Below are positions 23,111-32,318 of a stretch of 64,000 nt of DNA, piece after piece. The first letter of the stretch is position 1, and the number at the start of each line of letters is the position of its first letter. The position numbers and the translations under genes are program-made. The stretch covers positions 736,001 to 800,000 of the forward strand of contig OZ219785.1 in NCBI GenBank assembly GCA_964291285.2, in the 5' to 3' direction. A model generated the notes under the pieces. It worked only from the letters and a program-made list of their open reading frames with translations. It did no database searches and was not told the DNA's origin. Origin of the DNA: Alphaproteobacteria bacterium. GTDB lineage: Bacteria; Pseudomonadota; Alphaproteobacteria; Bin95.

Positions 23111-23816
23111 CGCGTGCACTTCATGCGCAACCTGCTCGCCCATGCCGGCAAGCAGGGCCGGCGCGTCGTCTCCGCCTTCGTCACCACCGCCTTCGCCCAG
23201 GAGGATGCAGACGGCGCCTCCGCCCAGTGGCGCCAGGTCGCCGACCAGCTCAGGCCCAGGGCGCCGAAGCTCGCCGCCATCATGGACGAGGCCGAGCACG
23301 ACGGTCTCGCCTGCATGACCTTCCCGGCCGCGCATCGCCCAAAGCTGCACTCGACAAACCCGCTCGAACGGCTCCACGGCGAGATCGAGCGGCGCACCAG
23401 CACCAACACCGTCGGCATCTTCCTCAACGAGGACGCCATCACCCGGCTGATCGGTGCCATCCTGCTCGAGCAGAACGATGAATGGGCCGTCCAGAGAGCC
23501 AGATACGTGACGCTGGAATCGATCGCTCCCGTGAGCGACAATGCAACCGTCAAGCTGCCCGCCGTGGCAGCCTGAGCCTAACGGCCCTTCCCGCCGGATA
23601 CCGCGACGGGCGCCAGGCTCTTACACCACGGCTCGGGACACGATCTAACCGGTCATCGTCCTGTCCTCTCCAGTCCATGTGAGTCCTCTCCTGGGTGGTC
23701 GATTGGGGGGTGCAGTTCGACCATCCCCGACGCCCGTTTTTTCCGCTTCGATGGCCGCACATGCGTCCGCGCCACCCTGATCGCGGGCGGGGTCCATCGA
23801 AGACGAGGAGACGGGA

Positions 23817-24041
23817 ATGACGGAGCACATCAGCTTCCTTGATACGCAGCAGGCGGCGCGGGTTCTGGGGCTGTCGGCGAAGACGCTGGCCCGCTACCGG
23901 GTCTCGGGCGAGGGGCCGGTGTTTCACCGGTTCGGCAACCGGATCCGGTATCGGCAGGACGACCTGGAAGGCTGGGCGGAGACGCGCCGGCGCGCGTCGA
24001 CCGTCGACGACGGCACCGTGCTTCCGGGGGCCACCCCGTGA
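23817..24041 (+). CDS. Excisionase/AlpA-like HTH (HTH_17) DNA-binding protein
   Basis: FLDTQQAARVLGLSAKTLARYR..G.GP.F.RFG.RIRY...DLE.W; GAGGAG RBS. Confidence 0.85.
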   Translation: MTEHISFLDTQQAARVLGLSAKTLARYRVSGEGPVFHRFGNRIRYRQDDLEGWAETRRRASTVDDGTVLPGATP

Positions 24042-24139
24042 GCGGCGGAGCGAGGACGGTGCCGGGGGCCTGCCTCCCCGGCTCGGGGGCCGGGGCAGGC
24101 TCTCCCCGATCCGGGGCCTGTGCGGCCCGCCCGGGGACC

Positions 24140-24430
24140 ATGCTGCGCGGGCTCGCCGTGGCGTTCCTGGCGGCCGTAGCCCTGCTGGCGGGGCCGGAGG
24201 CAGCGCTGGCGACCACGGACACCACGTTCGGCACCCCGCTTGACACGGTGGAGAACATCGTCGGCGGCACCGGCGGGCAGCTTGCCGCGGCGCTTGCCGT
24301 GGGCGCGGCGCTGATCGGCTCGGTGCTGCGCTTCAATGCGATGCAGCTGATGGGCGCGGTGGGCGTCGGCATCGCCGCCGGGGCCGGCACGGGGATCGTG
24401 ACCGGCCTGGTCGGCACGGCGATCGTGTGA
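24140..24430 (+). CDS. traA: Putative conjugative pilin (TraA-like)
   Basis: Signal peptide ending AALA, two hydrophobic helices, position directly before traL. Confidence 0.65.
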   Translation: MLRGLAVAFLAAVALLAGPEAALATTDTTFGTPLDTVENIVGGTGGQLAAALAVGAALIGSVLRFNAMQLMGAVGVGIAAGAGTGIVTGLVGTAIV

Positions 24431-24723
24431 TGAGCGAGACCCGCCGCCACACGATCCCGCGCCGGCTCGACGACCCGGAGCGGTGGCTGTTCTGGACCGT
24501 CGACGAGGCGGCGGCGCTGATGGGTCCGGCCCTGCTCGGGCTTGCGGCGAACCAGTTCGTGCCGGGCCTCGTTGCCGGCGTCGGCGGCTGGCTGCTGCTG
24601 AGGCGGGTCAAGCGCGGCGGCGGGGCGAACATCGCGCGCCATGCGCTCTACTGGTTCCTGCCGGGCTTCGTGCTGCGCCTCAAGGCCACGCCGCCGAGCC
24701 ATCTGCGGCGGTATGCCGGCTGA
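24430..24723 (+). CDS. traL: F-type conjugal transfer protein TraL
   Basis: IPRRLDDPER.LFW..DE...HALYWFLP...PPS..R.Y.G. Confidence 0.88.
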   Translation: MSETRRHTIPRRLDDPERWLFWTVDEAAALMGPALLGLAANQFVPGLVAGVGGWLLLRRVKRGGGANIARHALYWFLPGFVLRLKATPPSHLRRYAG

Positions 24724-25295
24724 TGCGGCGCGGCGAGATGGATACCGCCTTGCGCCGGGTGCGGGACATCAGGCTCGTGCTGGCGGGCCTGCTGGTGCTG
24801 TCGATGACGGCCAACCTGGCGCTGACGGCGGGCTTCGCCGGGCGGGAGACGGTGACCGTGCTGGTGCCGGCGACCGCTGGACCGGCCTGGGCGGTCGGCA
24901 GCGGCGGGGCCGGCATCGGCCGGGCCGGCGCGCGGTATCTGGAGGACATGGCGCGCACGGCGGCGGTGACGCTGCTGACGCTGACGCCGGAGAACGCGGG
25001 CCATGTGCGCCTCGCGGCGGCGCGGATGAGCCATGTCTCGGCGCGCGGCGCGATCGGCGCCTGGGTCGAGGCGGAGGCCGCCCGCATGGCCGGGCGCGAT
25101 CTGGCGAGCGCCTTCTACCCCATGGAGATCGAGGCCGACCCGGCGCGGCTCGCGGTCGAGGTCGCGGGCGAACTCGTGACCTGGATCGGGCGCGAGGAGG
25201 CTTCGCGCGAGACCCGGCGCTACCGGCTCGTGTTCCGCATCGACGCCGGGCGGATCGGGCTCCTGCGCTTCGAACAACTGGAGGACGGCACATGA
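24723..25295 (+). CDS. traE: TraE
   Basis: N-terminal TM, TVLVP, YLEDMAR...LLTLTPEN, SAFYP; gene order. Confidence 0.82.
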   Translation: MRRGEMDTALRRVRDIRLVLAGLLVLSMTANLALTAGFAGRETVTVLVPATAGPAWAVGSGGAGIGRAGARYLEDMARTAAVTLLTLTPENAGHVRLAAARMSHVSARGAIGAWVEAEAARMAGRDLASAFYPMEIEADPARLAVEVAGELVTWIGREEASRETRRYRLVFRIDAGRIGLLRFEQLEDGT

Positions 25296-26125
25296 CACGC
25301 TTCTCTCGCCGACGGCCCCTTGCGCCGCTGTTCGCCATCGTTCTTGCCTGCATGGGCGTCCTTGCGGCGCCGGCGCTGGCGATGCAGGTCCTCGACGCGG
25401 CGGACCATGCCGAACTCGCGGCGGAGATTTCCGCGACCGGCGTCAACCGCATTGCGCTCGCCGGCGACCGCATCGCGAAGGTGGTGCGGGCGCCGGACGG
25501 CTTCGCGGTCGAGCACGACGCCGCCTCGGGCGACCTCTACCTGCGGCTGGACGGTTCCGGGGACGGCGGCCGGGACGCGGAGACCAGCCTCTTCGTCGGC
25601 ACCGAGAAGGGCTTCACCTACCGGCTGACGCTGACGCTCGCGGACCGCGGCCCGGCGCAGATCCTGATCCGCAACGCCAGGGCCCCGGCGGCGGGCGGCG
25701 AAACTGCCGCGCCGGCGACGAAGTCCGATCCCCATGTCGCGGCGCTGGTGCGCCTGGTGCGCGCCGTCGCCCGCCGCGACCTGCTGCCGGGCTATGCGGT
25801 CCATGCGGGCGGAGGCTCTCTTTCTGCCGGCATCCGGATCATCGAGACCTGGCGGGGGACCGGGGCGGTCCGCCGTCCGCGCTACGCGGCGCTCGTCTTC
25901 GGGGTCGCACCTCCGGCATCCCCCGGATCGTGGTCCGGGGCAGGCGAGGATGCGGACGGGTCCGGGCTTGCGGGCCTCGCCGGGACCATCGGGAGCCTGT
26001 CCGGCATCGGTCCGACCGCGGACGGCGCCCGTCTTGCCGCGCTCTGGCTGGCGCCGCCGGACCCCTCGGGCGGGCGGCTCGGCGTGGCGGTGTTCCAGAC
26101 CGCCGGCGCGGGAGACCCGCGATGA
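25292..26125 (+). CDS. traK: TraK
   Basis: Signal peptide, IS..GVNRI...GDRI, GDLYL, LFV.TEKG.TY.L.L. Confidence 0.82.
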   Translation: MTRFSRRRPLAPLFAIVLACMGVLAAPALAMQVLDAADHAELAAEISATGVNRIALAGDRIAKVVRAPDGFAVEHDAASGDLYLRLDGSGDGGRDAETSLFVGTEKGFTYRLTLTLADRGPAQILIRNARAPAAGGETAAPATKSDPHVAALVRLVRAVARRDLLPGYAVHAGGGSLSAGIRIIETWRGTGAVRRPRYAALVFGVAPPASPGSWSGAGEDADGSGLAGLAGTIGSLSGIGPTADGARLAALWLAPPDPSGGRLGVAVFQTAGAGDPR

Positions 26126-27450
26126 ACGCCCGCGCGAACAAGCGCCCCGCCGGCGATGCGAACGGCCCCGGCTCGTGGGCAGGCGCCGATGCGGTGCGGC
26201 GGCGCCAGCTGCTGCTGTTCTCGGTCATCGCGGCGGTCGTGCTGGCCGCGCTTGCCGCCTGGCTCGGCATGGGCGGCGGACCGTCGCCGGCGCCCCGGAG
26301 CGGCATCGAGGCGGAGATCGCCGGCCCGGACGCGGCCGAGAAAGTGTGGACCCGGCGCTCGGAGGCAAGGCTCACCAAGGTCGAGGACGCGCTCAGGCGG
26401 ATGGAGCGGGAGGCGCAAAAGCTCAGGACCGAGAACGAGAGGCTCCGGATGAAGCTGGAGGGCGACGCCGCCAACGCGCGCGAGGTCATCGACGCGCAGA
26501 AGGCGCAGATCGACGAGCTGGAGCGGCAGTTTCAGCCGGCCGTGCCGGGCGGGGCGCAGACCGGGACGCCGGCATCGGGCGAGTATTTCCGGGCGCAGGG
26601 CGGTGCTGCGTCCGGCGGGCAGCCGGCCGCGGCGCGGCCCATGATCGAGACCTTCGAGCTGGAGGGCGGGCCGCACTCGTCGGCGGCCGATTTGCGGATA
26701 CCCGGAACCGGCCCTGACCGGGGCAGGCCCCGCACCGGCCCTGAACTGGTGGCGGATGCGGTCGCGAAGCCGGTGTCGGCATGGCTGCCGGCGGGCGCCC
26801 ATGCCGGGGCGGTGGTGCTGGCGGGGGTCGACGCCTCGGCGGGGGTCGCCTCCCAGGGCGATCCGCGCCCGGTGCTCATGCGCATTACCGGGCCGGCCTG
26901 GACCGCGGCCGAGGACGGCGCCGCCCTCAGGGTGGATGTCGACGGCTGCACCGTCACCGGCGCGGCCCATGGCGACCTCTCCTCGGAGAAGGTCTATGTG
27001 CGGCTTCGCACCATGACCTGCGCCGCGCCGGGCACAGGGGACCGCCCCGGTGCGGTGATCGAGACCGACGTGGCGGGCTTCGTCGCGGGCTCGGGCAAGA
27101 CCGGGGTGCGCGGCCCCGTGGTGAGCCGCGAGGGGGCGCTGGTCGAGAAGGCGTTTCTCGCCGGCCTGGTCTCCGGCGCCGGCCAGGGCGTCAGCCAGGC
27201 GTTCCAGCCGCAGGCGGCGGCGACCGGCGCGGCGGCGGCCAACAGCGCGCTCGGCGACATCGGCCGGGCGGGCCTCGGCGCGGGCGCCGCGTCGGCGGGG
27301 AACAAGGTCGCCGACTACATGATCCGCCGCGCCGAGCAGTACCAGCCGGTGATCCAGCTCCAGGCCGGCACGAAGGTGACGCTGGTGTTCCTCGAGGGCG
27401 CCCGCATCGACGGCCGCGGCCCCGTCCTGACCGCGCAGAAAGGAGAATGA
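26122..27450 (+). CDS. traB: TraB (VirB10-like)
   Basis: TM plus coiled coil, LPAG...A.VL.GVDA, GC...G.A.GDLSSEKVYVR...MTC, G..G.RG.VV.REG, Y.I.RAEQYQPVI. Confidence 0.9.
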   Translation: MNARANKRPAGDANGPGSWAGADAVRRRQLLLFSVIAAVVLAALAAWLGMGGGPSPAPRSGIEAEIAGPDAAEKVWTRRSEARLTKVEDALRRMEREAQKLRTENERLRMKLEGDAANAREVIDAQKAQIDELERQFQPAVPGGAQTGTPASGEYFRAQGGAASGGQPAAARPMIETFELEGGPHSSAADLRIPGTGPDRGRPRTGPELVADAVAKPVSAWLPAGAHAGAVVLAGVDASAGVASQGDPRPVLMRITGPAWTAAEDGAALRVDVDGCTVTGAAHGDLSSEKVYVRLRTMTCAAPGTGDRPGAVIETDVAGFVAGSGKTGVRGPVVSREGALVEKAFLAGLVSGAGQGVSQAFQPQAAATGAAAANSALGDIGRAGLGAGAASAGNKVADYMIRRAEQYQPVIQLQAGTKVTLVFLEGARIDGRGPVLTAQKGE

Positions 27451-27451
27451 C

Positions 27452-28033
27452 ATGACGCTTTCCACGAGATATCCGCGCCGCATGGCGCTTCCGGCCGCCG
27501 CGCTGGCGGCGTTCCTGCTCGCCGGCTGTTCGTCGGGCCATGTCGGCGAGAGCTGGCAGTGCCCGCTGGCCGATACCGGCGCCTGCGACAGTGTCGCCGC
27601 CGTCGATCCGGCGGTGCCGGATGCCGGCGCGGACCGAAGCGTGGTTCTCACGGAGCCGCGGGTACGAAACACCCGGCCGCCGAACCCTGAGAACGAGGAG
27701 TCCTGCGATAGCGCCTGCGATGGCGGGTTCGATCCCTTCGCCTGGCTCGCGCGGCTGTTCTCCCCTGAAACCGCCGGCGGGGAGAAGGCCGCCGCGCCCG
27801 GCCCGGTCCGGCTTCTGCCGCCCGAGGACCCGGCGCCCCACGCCCTTGCGGCCGGAACGGATGCCGCGGAACTACGCACGGTCACCGAAGACTTGCGCGG
27901 CGGCGGGCTCCGCACGGACGAGGTGGTGGCGCGGATCTGGATTGCGCCCTTCGTCGACGACGACGGGGTCTACCGCGAGGCCAGCCATGTCCGGGTCGTG
28001 CTGGAGCCGGCCGGCTGGAGGCTCGGGCGGTGA
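27452..28033 (+). CDS. traV: TraV lipoprotein
   Basis: Lipobox LAGC, W.CP...C, LRT.E.V.RIWIAPFVDDDG.Y..V...W. Confidence 0.85.
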   Translation: MTLSTRYPRRMALPAAALAAFLLAGCSSGHVGESWQCPLADTGACDSVAAVDPAVPDAGADRSVVLTEPRVRNTRPPNPENEESCDSACDGGFDPFAWLARLFSPETAGGEKAAAPGPVRLLPPEDPAPHALAAGTDAAELRTVTEDLRGGGLRTDEVVARIWIAPFVDDDGVYREASHVRVVLEPAGWRLGR

Positions 28034-30711
28034 AGCGGCTGCTGGAGCTGTTCGAGGGGCCGGAGGCGCCGGGTCCCTGGACGCCGCCGGAGATGCCGGC
28101 CGCGCTGCATGCGCTGCTGCCCTGGCGCGCCTGGGACGAATCGAGCGAGCTCTACGTCAACGCCGCGAGCGCCGGGTTCGTCATCGAGCTGCCGCCGTTT
28201 GCGGGGATCGACGCCGAGACCCTGGGCGCGCTGGCCGGCACGCTGGCCGATGCGGCGCCCGAGCGCTGCACCATCCAGGTGATCCACTGGGCGAGCCCGC
28301 GCTTCGGCGCGGCGAGCCGGGCCTGGGCGGAACCCCGGATCGCGGCAGGCGGCGATGCCGGCGGCGCGCTGGCGAGGATGGGGGCGCGGCGGTGCGGCCT
28401 GCTCGCTTCGGGCGGCTGGCGCCGGCTGCATGAAGGCGGCCCGCCCTTCACGCTCTCGGACTACCGGGTGTTCGTCACCGCCTGCCTCGCGGCCCGGCCC
28501 GGCCCGGCGGCGGAGACCGCGCTCGGCGCCTTTCGCCGGGCGCTGGAAGGCACGCTGGCGTCGGCGGGCGCGCAGACCCGCCGGCTGGAGCCGGATGCGC
28601 TGCTGTCGCTGGCGGCCGAGCTGATCGCGCCGGACATTGGCGGGCATCGCGACGGAGGGACCGGGCGCCCGCGGCGGCGCTGGTCGCCGCGCGATCCGCT
28701 GCACGAACAGTGCATTGCGCCGGGCCGGGCGCTCACGGTCCATCCGACCGGCCTCGCCTTCCACCATCCCGACGGAGAAGACGTGGCCGTGCGGGTTCTC
28801 TCCGCCATCGCCTTTCCCGAAGTGTGGCCGGGCTGGCGCGGCAGCGCGCTGATCGGCGACTTCCACCGCGACTTCCTCCAGCCGGGCTGTCCGGTGCTGA
28901 CCTGCCTCACGGTGATGACCGGCGACGAGGCGGCGGGCGAGAGGGCGCTGCTCAAGTCCGCCCGCGCGACCCAGCAGGCCGGCACCGGCATTGCGCGGTA
29001 TCTCCCCGGCCTGCCCGAGAAGGCGCGCGACTGGCAGGCGGTGACCGAGCGGCTGAAGGACGGCGAGAAGCTGGTCCGCGCCTGCTACATGGCGGCGGTC
29101 CATGCGCCGCTCGACGCCCTCGACGAGGCCGAGCAGGCGGTGCGCGCGATCTATCACGGCCAGGGCTGGCGGGTGAACGCCGAGCGCTACATGCAGCTCC
29201 CCTCCTGGCTGGCGTGTCTTCCCATGGCGTCCGCCGGCGGCCTCGATGCCGACCTCGACCGCATGGGCCGGATGAAGACGCTGCTGACCTCCTCGGCGGT
29301 CAATCTCGCGCCCCTGCACGGCGAGTGGCGGGGTCAGGCGCACGACCCCGACAACCCGCCGGCCCTCTTCCTGATCGGGCGAAGGGGCCAGCCGGCCTGC
29401 TGGTCGCCCTTCGCCAACGAGGCCGGCAACTACAACGTCGCGGTCACCGGCAAGTCCGGCTCGGGCAAGTCGGTGCTGATGCAGGAACTGGTGGCCGGCA
29501 TCGTCGGCGCCGGCGGCGAGGCGGTGGTGATCGACGACGGCAGGTCGTTCCAGCACACGGCGGAAGCTCTCGGCGGCGCCTTCATCGCCTTCGGCAAGGA
29601 CCCGGCCTGCCTCAACCCCTTCGCCATGATCGACGCCGGCACGGCCGGGCATGACGGCGACTACCGCGAGGAGTGCTTCGCCATGCTGGCCGGCGTCATC
29701 GGGCGCATGGCAAGGCGGCGGGGCTCGATCGACGACATCGAGGCGGCGCTGATCGCGGAAGCCGTCGCCGCGGCCTGGGACGAGGCCGGCAACGACGCCG
29801 ATCTCGGCACGGTCCGCAAGAACCTCAATGCCCGCGGCGACCGCCGGGCGGAGGACATGGCCACCGCGCTCGGGCCGTGGTGTCCGGGCGGCGCCATGGG
29901 CCGGCTGTTCGCGGGCTCGAACGTGCCGGACCTGGAGAACGCGCTCACGGTATTCGAGCTCGCCGAGCTCAAGGGCCGCGGCGACGTCCAGGCCGTCGTG
30001 CTGATGCTGGTGGTCTTCCTCGCCACCCAGCGCATGTATCACGGGCCGCGCACGCGGGCGAAGGCGATCGTCATCGACGAGGCCTGGGACCTGCTCTCCG
30101 GCGAGGACAGCCGCGCCTTCCTCGAAGGCGCCGCCCGCCGGGCGCGCAAATACCGGGGCGCGCTCGTCACCGGCACGCAGTCGGTCAACGACTACTACGC
30201 CAACCCGGCCGCACGGGCGGCGTGGGAGAACTCGGACTGGACGATCTTCCTCGCCCAGAAGGACGAGTCGGTCGAACTGCTGAAGTCGGAGAAGCGCATC
30301 CACTGCGATCCCGGCATGGAGCGGGCGCTCAAGAGCCTGACCACCGCCGAGGGCAGATACGCCGAGCTGGTGCTGCACGGCCCGGACGGCTGGCGGGTGG
30401 CGCGCCTGGTGCTCGATGCCTGGTCGGTGGCGCTGTTCTCCTCGCGCGGCCCCGCCTACGCGGCGGTCGAAGACCTCAAGGCGCAGGGGCTCACCACCGT
30501 CGAGGCGATCGACCGGCTCGCCGGGGGCGAAGCTCGTCTCGCTGACGCTCCCCTCGCCGGGGACGAAGCTCGTCTCGCTGACGCTCCCCTCGCAGGGGAC
30601 GTTCCCCTCGCGGGGGACGAAGCCGGTCTCCCGGCCTCCTCCACCGCCGGGGGCCGCCTCCCGGCCGCTGCCGGGCATTGCGAAACGACAGAAACAGGAG
30701 AAACCCCATGA
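28030..30711 (+). CDS. traC: TraC (VirB4-like ATPase)
   Basis: LLPWRAWD, NYNVAVTGKSGSGKS, IDDGRSF, IDEAWDLL, RRARKY.G...GTQS. Confidence 0.93.
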   Translation: MKRLLELFEGPEAPGPWTPPEMPAALHALLPWRAWDESSELYVNAASAGFVIELPPFAGIDAETLGALAGTLADAAPERCTIQVIHWASPRFGAASRAWAEPRIAAGGDAGGALARMGARRCGLLASGGWRRLHEGGPPFTLSDYRVFVTACLAARPGPAAETALGAFRRALEGTLASAGAQTRRLEPDALLSLAAELIAPDIGGHRDGGTGRPRRRWSPRDPLHEQCIAPGRALTVHPTGLAFHHPDGEDVAVRVLSAIAFPEVWPGWRGSALIGDFHRDFLQPGCPVLTCLTVMTGDEAAGERALLKSARATQQAGTGIARYLPGLPEKARDWQAVTERLKDGEKLVRACYMAAVHAPLDALDEAEQAVRAIYHGQGWRVNAERYMQLPSWLACLPMASAGGLDADLDRMGRMKTLLTSSAVNLAPLHGEWRGQAHDPDNPPALFLIGRRGQPACWSPFANEAGNYNVAVTGKSGSGKSVLMQELVAGIVGAGGEAVVIDDGRSFQHTAEALGGAFIAFGKDPACLNPFAMIDAGTAGHDGDYREECFAMLAGVIGRMARRRGSIDDIEAALIAEAVAAAWDEAGNDADLGTVRKNLNARGDRRAEDMATALGPWCPGGAMGRLFAGSNVPDLENALTVFELAELKGRGDVQAVVLMLVVFLATQRMYHGPRTRAKAIVIDEAWDLLSGEDSRAFLEGAARRARKYRGALVTGTQSVNDYYANPAARAAWENSDWTIFLAQKDESVELLKSEKRIHCDPGMERALKSLTTAEGRYAELVLHGPDGWRVARLVLDAWSVALFSSRGPAYAAVEDLKAQGLTTVEAIDRLAGGEARLADAPLAGDEARLADAPLAGDVPLAGDEAGLPASSTAGGRLPAAAGHCETTETGETP
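30517..30630 (+). repeat. 36-bp in-frame tandem repeat in the traC 3' end
   Basis: CTCGCCGGGG(G/A)CGAAGCTCGTCTCGCTGACGCTCCC x2 plus partial units; encodes LAG(G/D)EARLADAP. Confidence 0.85.
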
Positions 30712-31352
30712 CCCGGAAATCAACCCGCCCGCTCGCCTGGCCGGGCGACCCGGAAGACGTGACGGCGGAACGCATCGACTTCGAGGCGCTGGCCCATGTG
30801 CTGGCCAACACCTGCCGCCGGGGCGGCTGCACCCGGCGCTACCACTCGCTCGCCGCCCATGCGGTGGTGGTCAGCGAGGAGATCGCGGCGCTCGACGGGC
30901 TCGGCGGGGAGGACCGGCGCCGGCTCGCGCTGCATGCGCTGGTCGCGGACGCGCCGTCGGCCTGGCTCCGGGGCGGTGCGCCGGCATCGCAGCGCGCGGC
31001 GGAGCGCACAGGAAAGCTTGCTGCCGGGATCGAGACGGCGGTGCGCGAGGCGGCGGGCCTCGGTGCGGTGCTGGAGGAGGAACAGGCCGAGCTTCTGAGG
31101 TTCGTGACGCGCATGACGGCAGCCGCCGAGAGCCGCGATCTTCTGGATGAGCCGGCGGCGGGCGTCGCCTTCCCGCCGCTGAAGCGGCGCATCCGCAGCG
31201 TTCCGCCGGACAGGGCCGCCGAGGCCTGGATGGACCGCTTCCGGGCGCTGGCCGATCTAGAAGCGGGGCTGAACAAGGATGTTGCGGCGGCCCCCGCCTC
31301 GGGGACCGGGGCAGGCACCGGGCCGGGAGGCCGGGATGCCGACGAAGGCTGA
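30708..31352 (+). CDS. YfdR-like HD-fold protein with degenerate HD motif
   Basis: LAHVLANTCRRGG.T...HSLAAHAV...ALVADA resembles the YfdR pattern IAH.L...CRF.G...YSVA.H..LLHDA; CAGGAG RBS. Confidence 0.6.
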   Translation: MTRKSTRPLAWPGDPEDVTAERIDFEALAHVLANTCRRGGCTRRYHSLAAHAVVVSEEIAALDGLGGEDRRRLALHALVADAPSAWLRGGAPASQRAAERTGKLAAGIETAVREAAGLGAVLEEEQAELLRFVTRMTAAAESRDLLDEPAAGVAFPPLKRRIRSVPPDRAAEAWMDRFRALADLEAGLNKDVAAAPASGTGAGTGPGGRDADEG

Positions 31353-31743
31353 CATGGACCGCAGCGGGTCGAGCTGGCCGGTGATGGTGTCGGCGGTGCT
31401 GCTTTCGGGCGCGGTTGTGGCGGCGGTCGCGGCAGCGACGGTGCGGCTTGCCGCGCCCCAGGATGCGCCGGTCGCCAGCGTGCGGCTCGGCGAAATGACC
31501 GCCGCATACACCACCCGCGCGGCCGCCGAGGGCCAGACGACCGAGGACGTTCGCGCCTGGGGCGAGGCCCTTGAAGCCGCGCTCGATCATGTGGCCCGAC
31601 GCCGTGGCGTCGTGCTGCTGCCGGCCCGGGCGGTGGCCGCCGGGGCGCCGGACATGACCTGGCTCGTCGAGGCAATGCTTGAGGAACTGCTCGCACGCGG
31701 CGGACCGGAGCGGGGCGCACCGCCATCGGGAGACGGAGGGTGA
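31336..31743 (+). CDS. trbI: TrbI (F-type)
   Basis: TM, VASV.L, ..LL...AV.AGAPD.T; position between traC and traW. Confidence 0.75.
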   Translation: MPTKADMDRSGSSWPVMVSAVLLSGAVVAAVAAATVRLAAPQDAPVASVRLGEMTAAYTTRAAAEGQTTEDVRAWGEALEAALDHVARRRGVVLLPARAVAAGAPDMTWLVEAMLEELLARGGPERGAPPSGDGG

Positions 31744-32318
31744 CCGCGCGACATACGGTGCCCGCGTTGAAGACGGCGCCATCGAGCCGCGGCAGGATCG
31801 GCCTCGCTGCCATGGTCCTGGCGGCGGCGGCCTGGCTCGCCGCGGTCTCGCATGTGCATGTCAATGCGAGCTGGTCGGACCCGGCCTGGGGCTATGCCGC
31901 CCTCCCGCTGTTCGGCCGGGCGCCGGCGGTCGGCGACCGGGTGCTGTTCGAGCCGTCGGCGGGATCGAAAGTGCCGTATCTCAAGACGGTGCGCGGCGTG
32001 CCGGGCATGCGCATCGCAGTCGGGGCCGACGGCACGGTCACGCTCGACGGCATTCCCGCCGGGCGCGCCAAGCCGCACGCGCTGGACGGGCGGCCGCTCC
32101 GGGCCATCGCGCCCGGGATCGTCCCGCCAGGGCATTACTACCTGCACGCCGATCACGTCGACTCCCACGACAGCCGTTATGCGGAGATCGGGCTGGTGCC
32201 GCGCGGGCGCATCCTCGGCCGCGCCGTCGCCATGCCCGACCTGCCTTGGCTGGGGCTCGACGGGCCGCTGGCCGGGCCGGAAGACGCGGGCGCGGCGGCA
32301 GCGGAGGTGCCGCGATGA
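31740..32318 (+). CDS. S26 pilin-processing peptidase (TrhF/TraF_P-like)
   Basis: VNASWS, YLKTVRGVPG, DSHDSRY..IGLV....I.GRA. Confidence 0.82.
   Translation: MTARHTVPALKTAPSSRGRIGLAAMVLAAAAWLAAVSHVHVNASWSDPAWGYAALPLFGRAPAVGDRVLFEPSAGSKVPYLKTVRGVPGMRIAVGADGTVTLDGIPAGRAKPHALDGRPLRAIAPGIVPPGHYYLHADHVDSHDSRYAEIGLVPRGRILGRAVAMPDLPWLGLDGPLAGPEDAGAAAAEVPR

Larger units (their letters stand above)
21139..23645 (+). pseudogene. 5'-truncated IS256-family element interrupted by IS1182
   Basis: GVSTR, YLWLDA, LVISD.H.GL, WQRCRV|HFMRN, STNPLERL.GEI.RR; right end TTACACCACGGCTCGGGACACGATC at 23621-23645. Confidence 0.85.

Noticed and set aside
30517-30630. 36-bp repeat as a possible CRISPR array
   Set aside because: Units are contiguous without unique spacers, in frame in traC, and no cas genes are present
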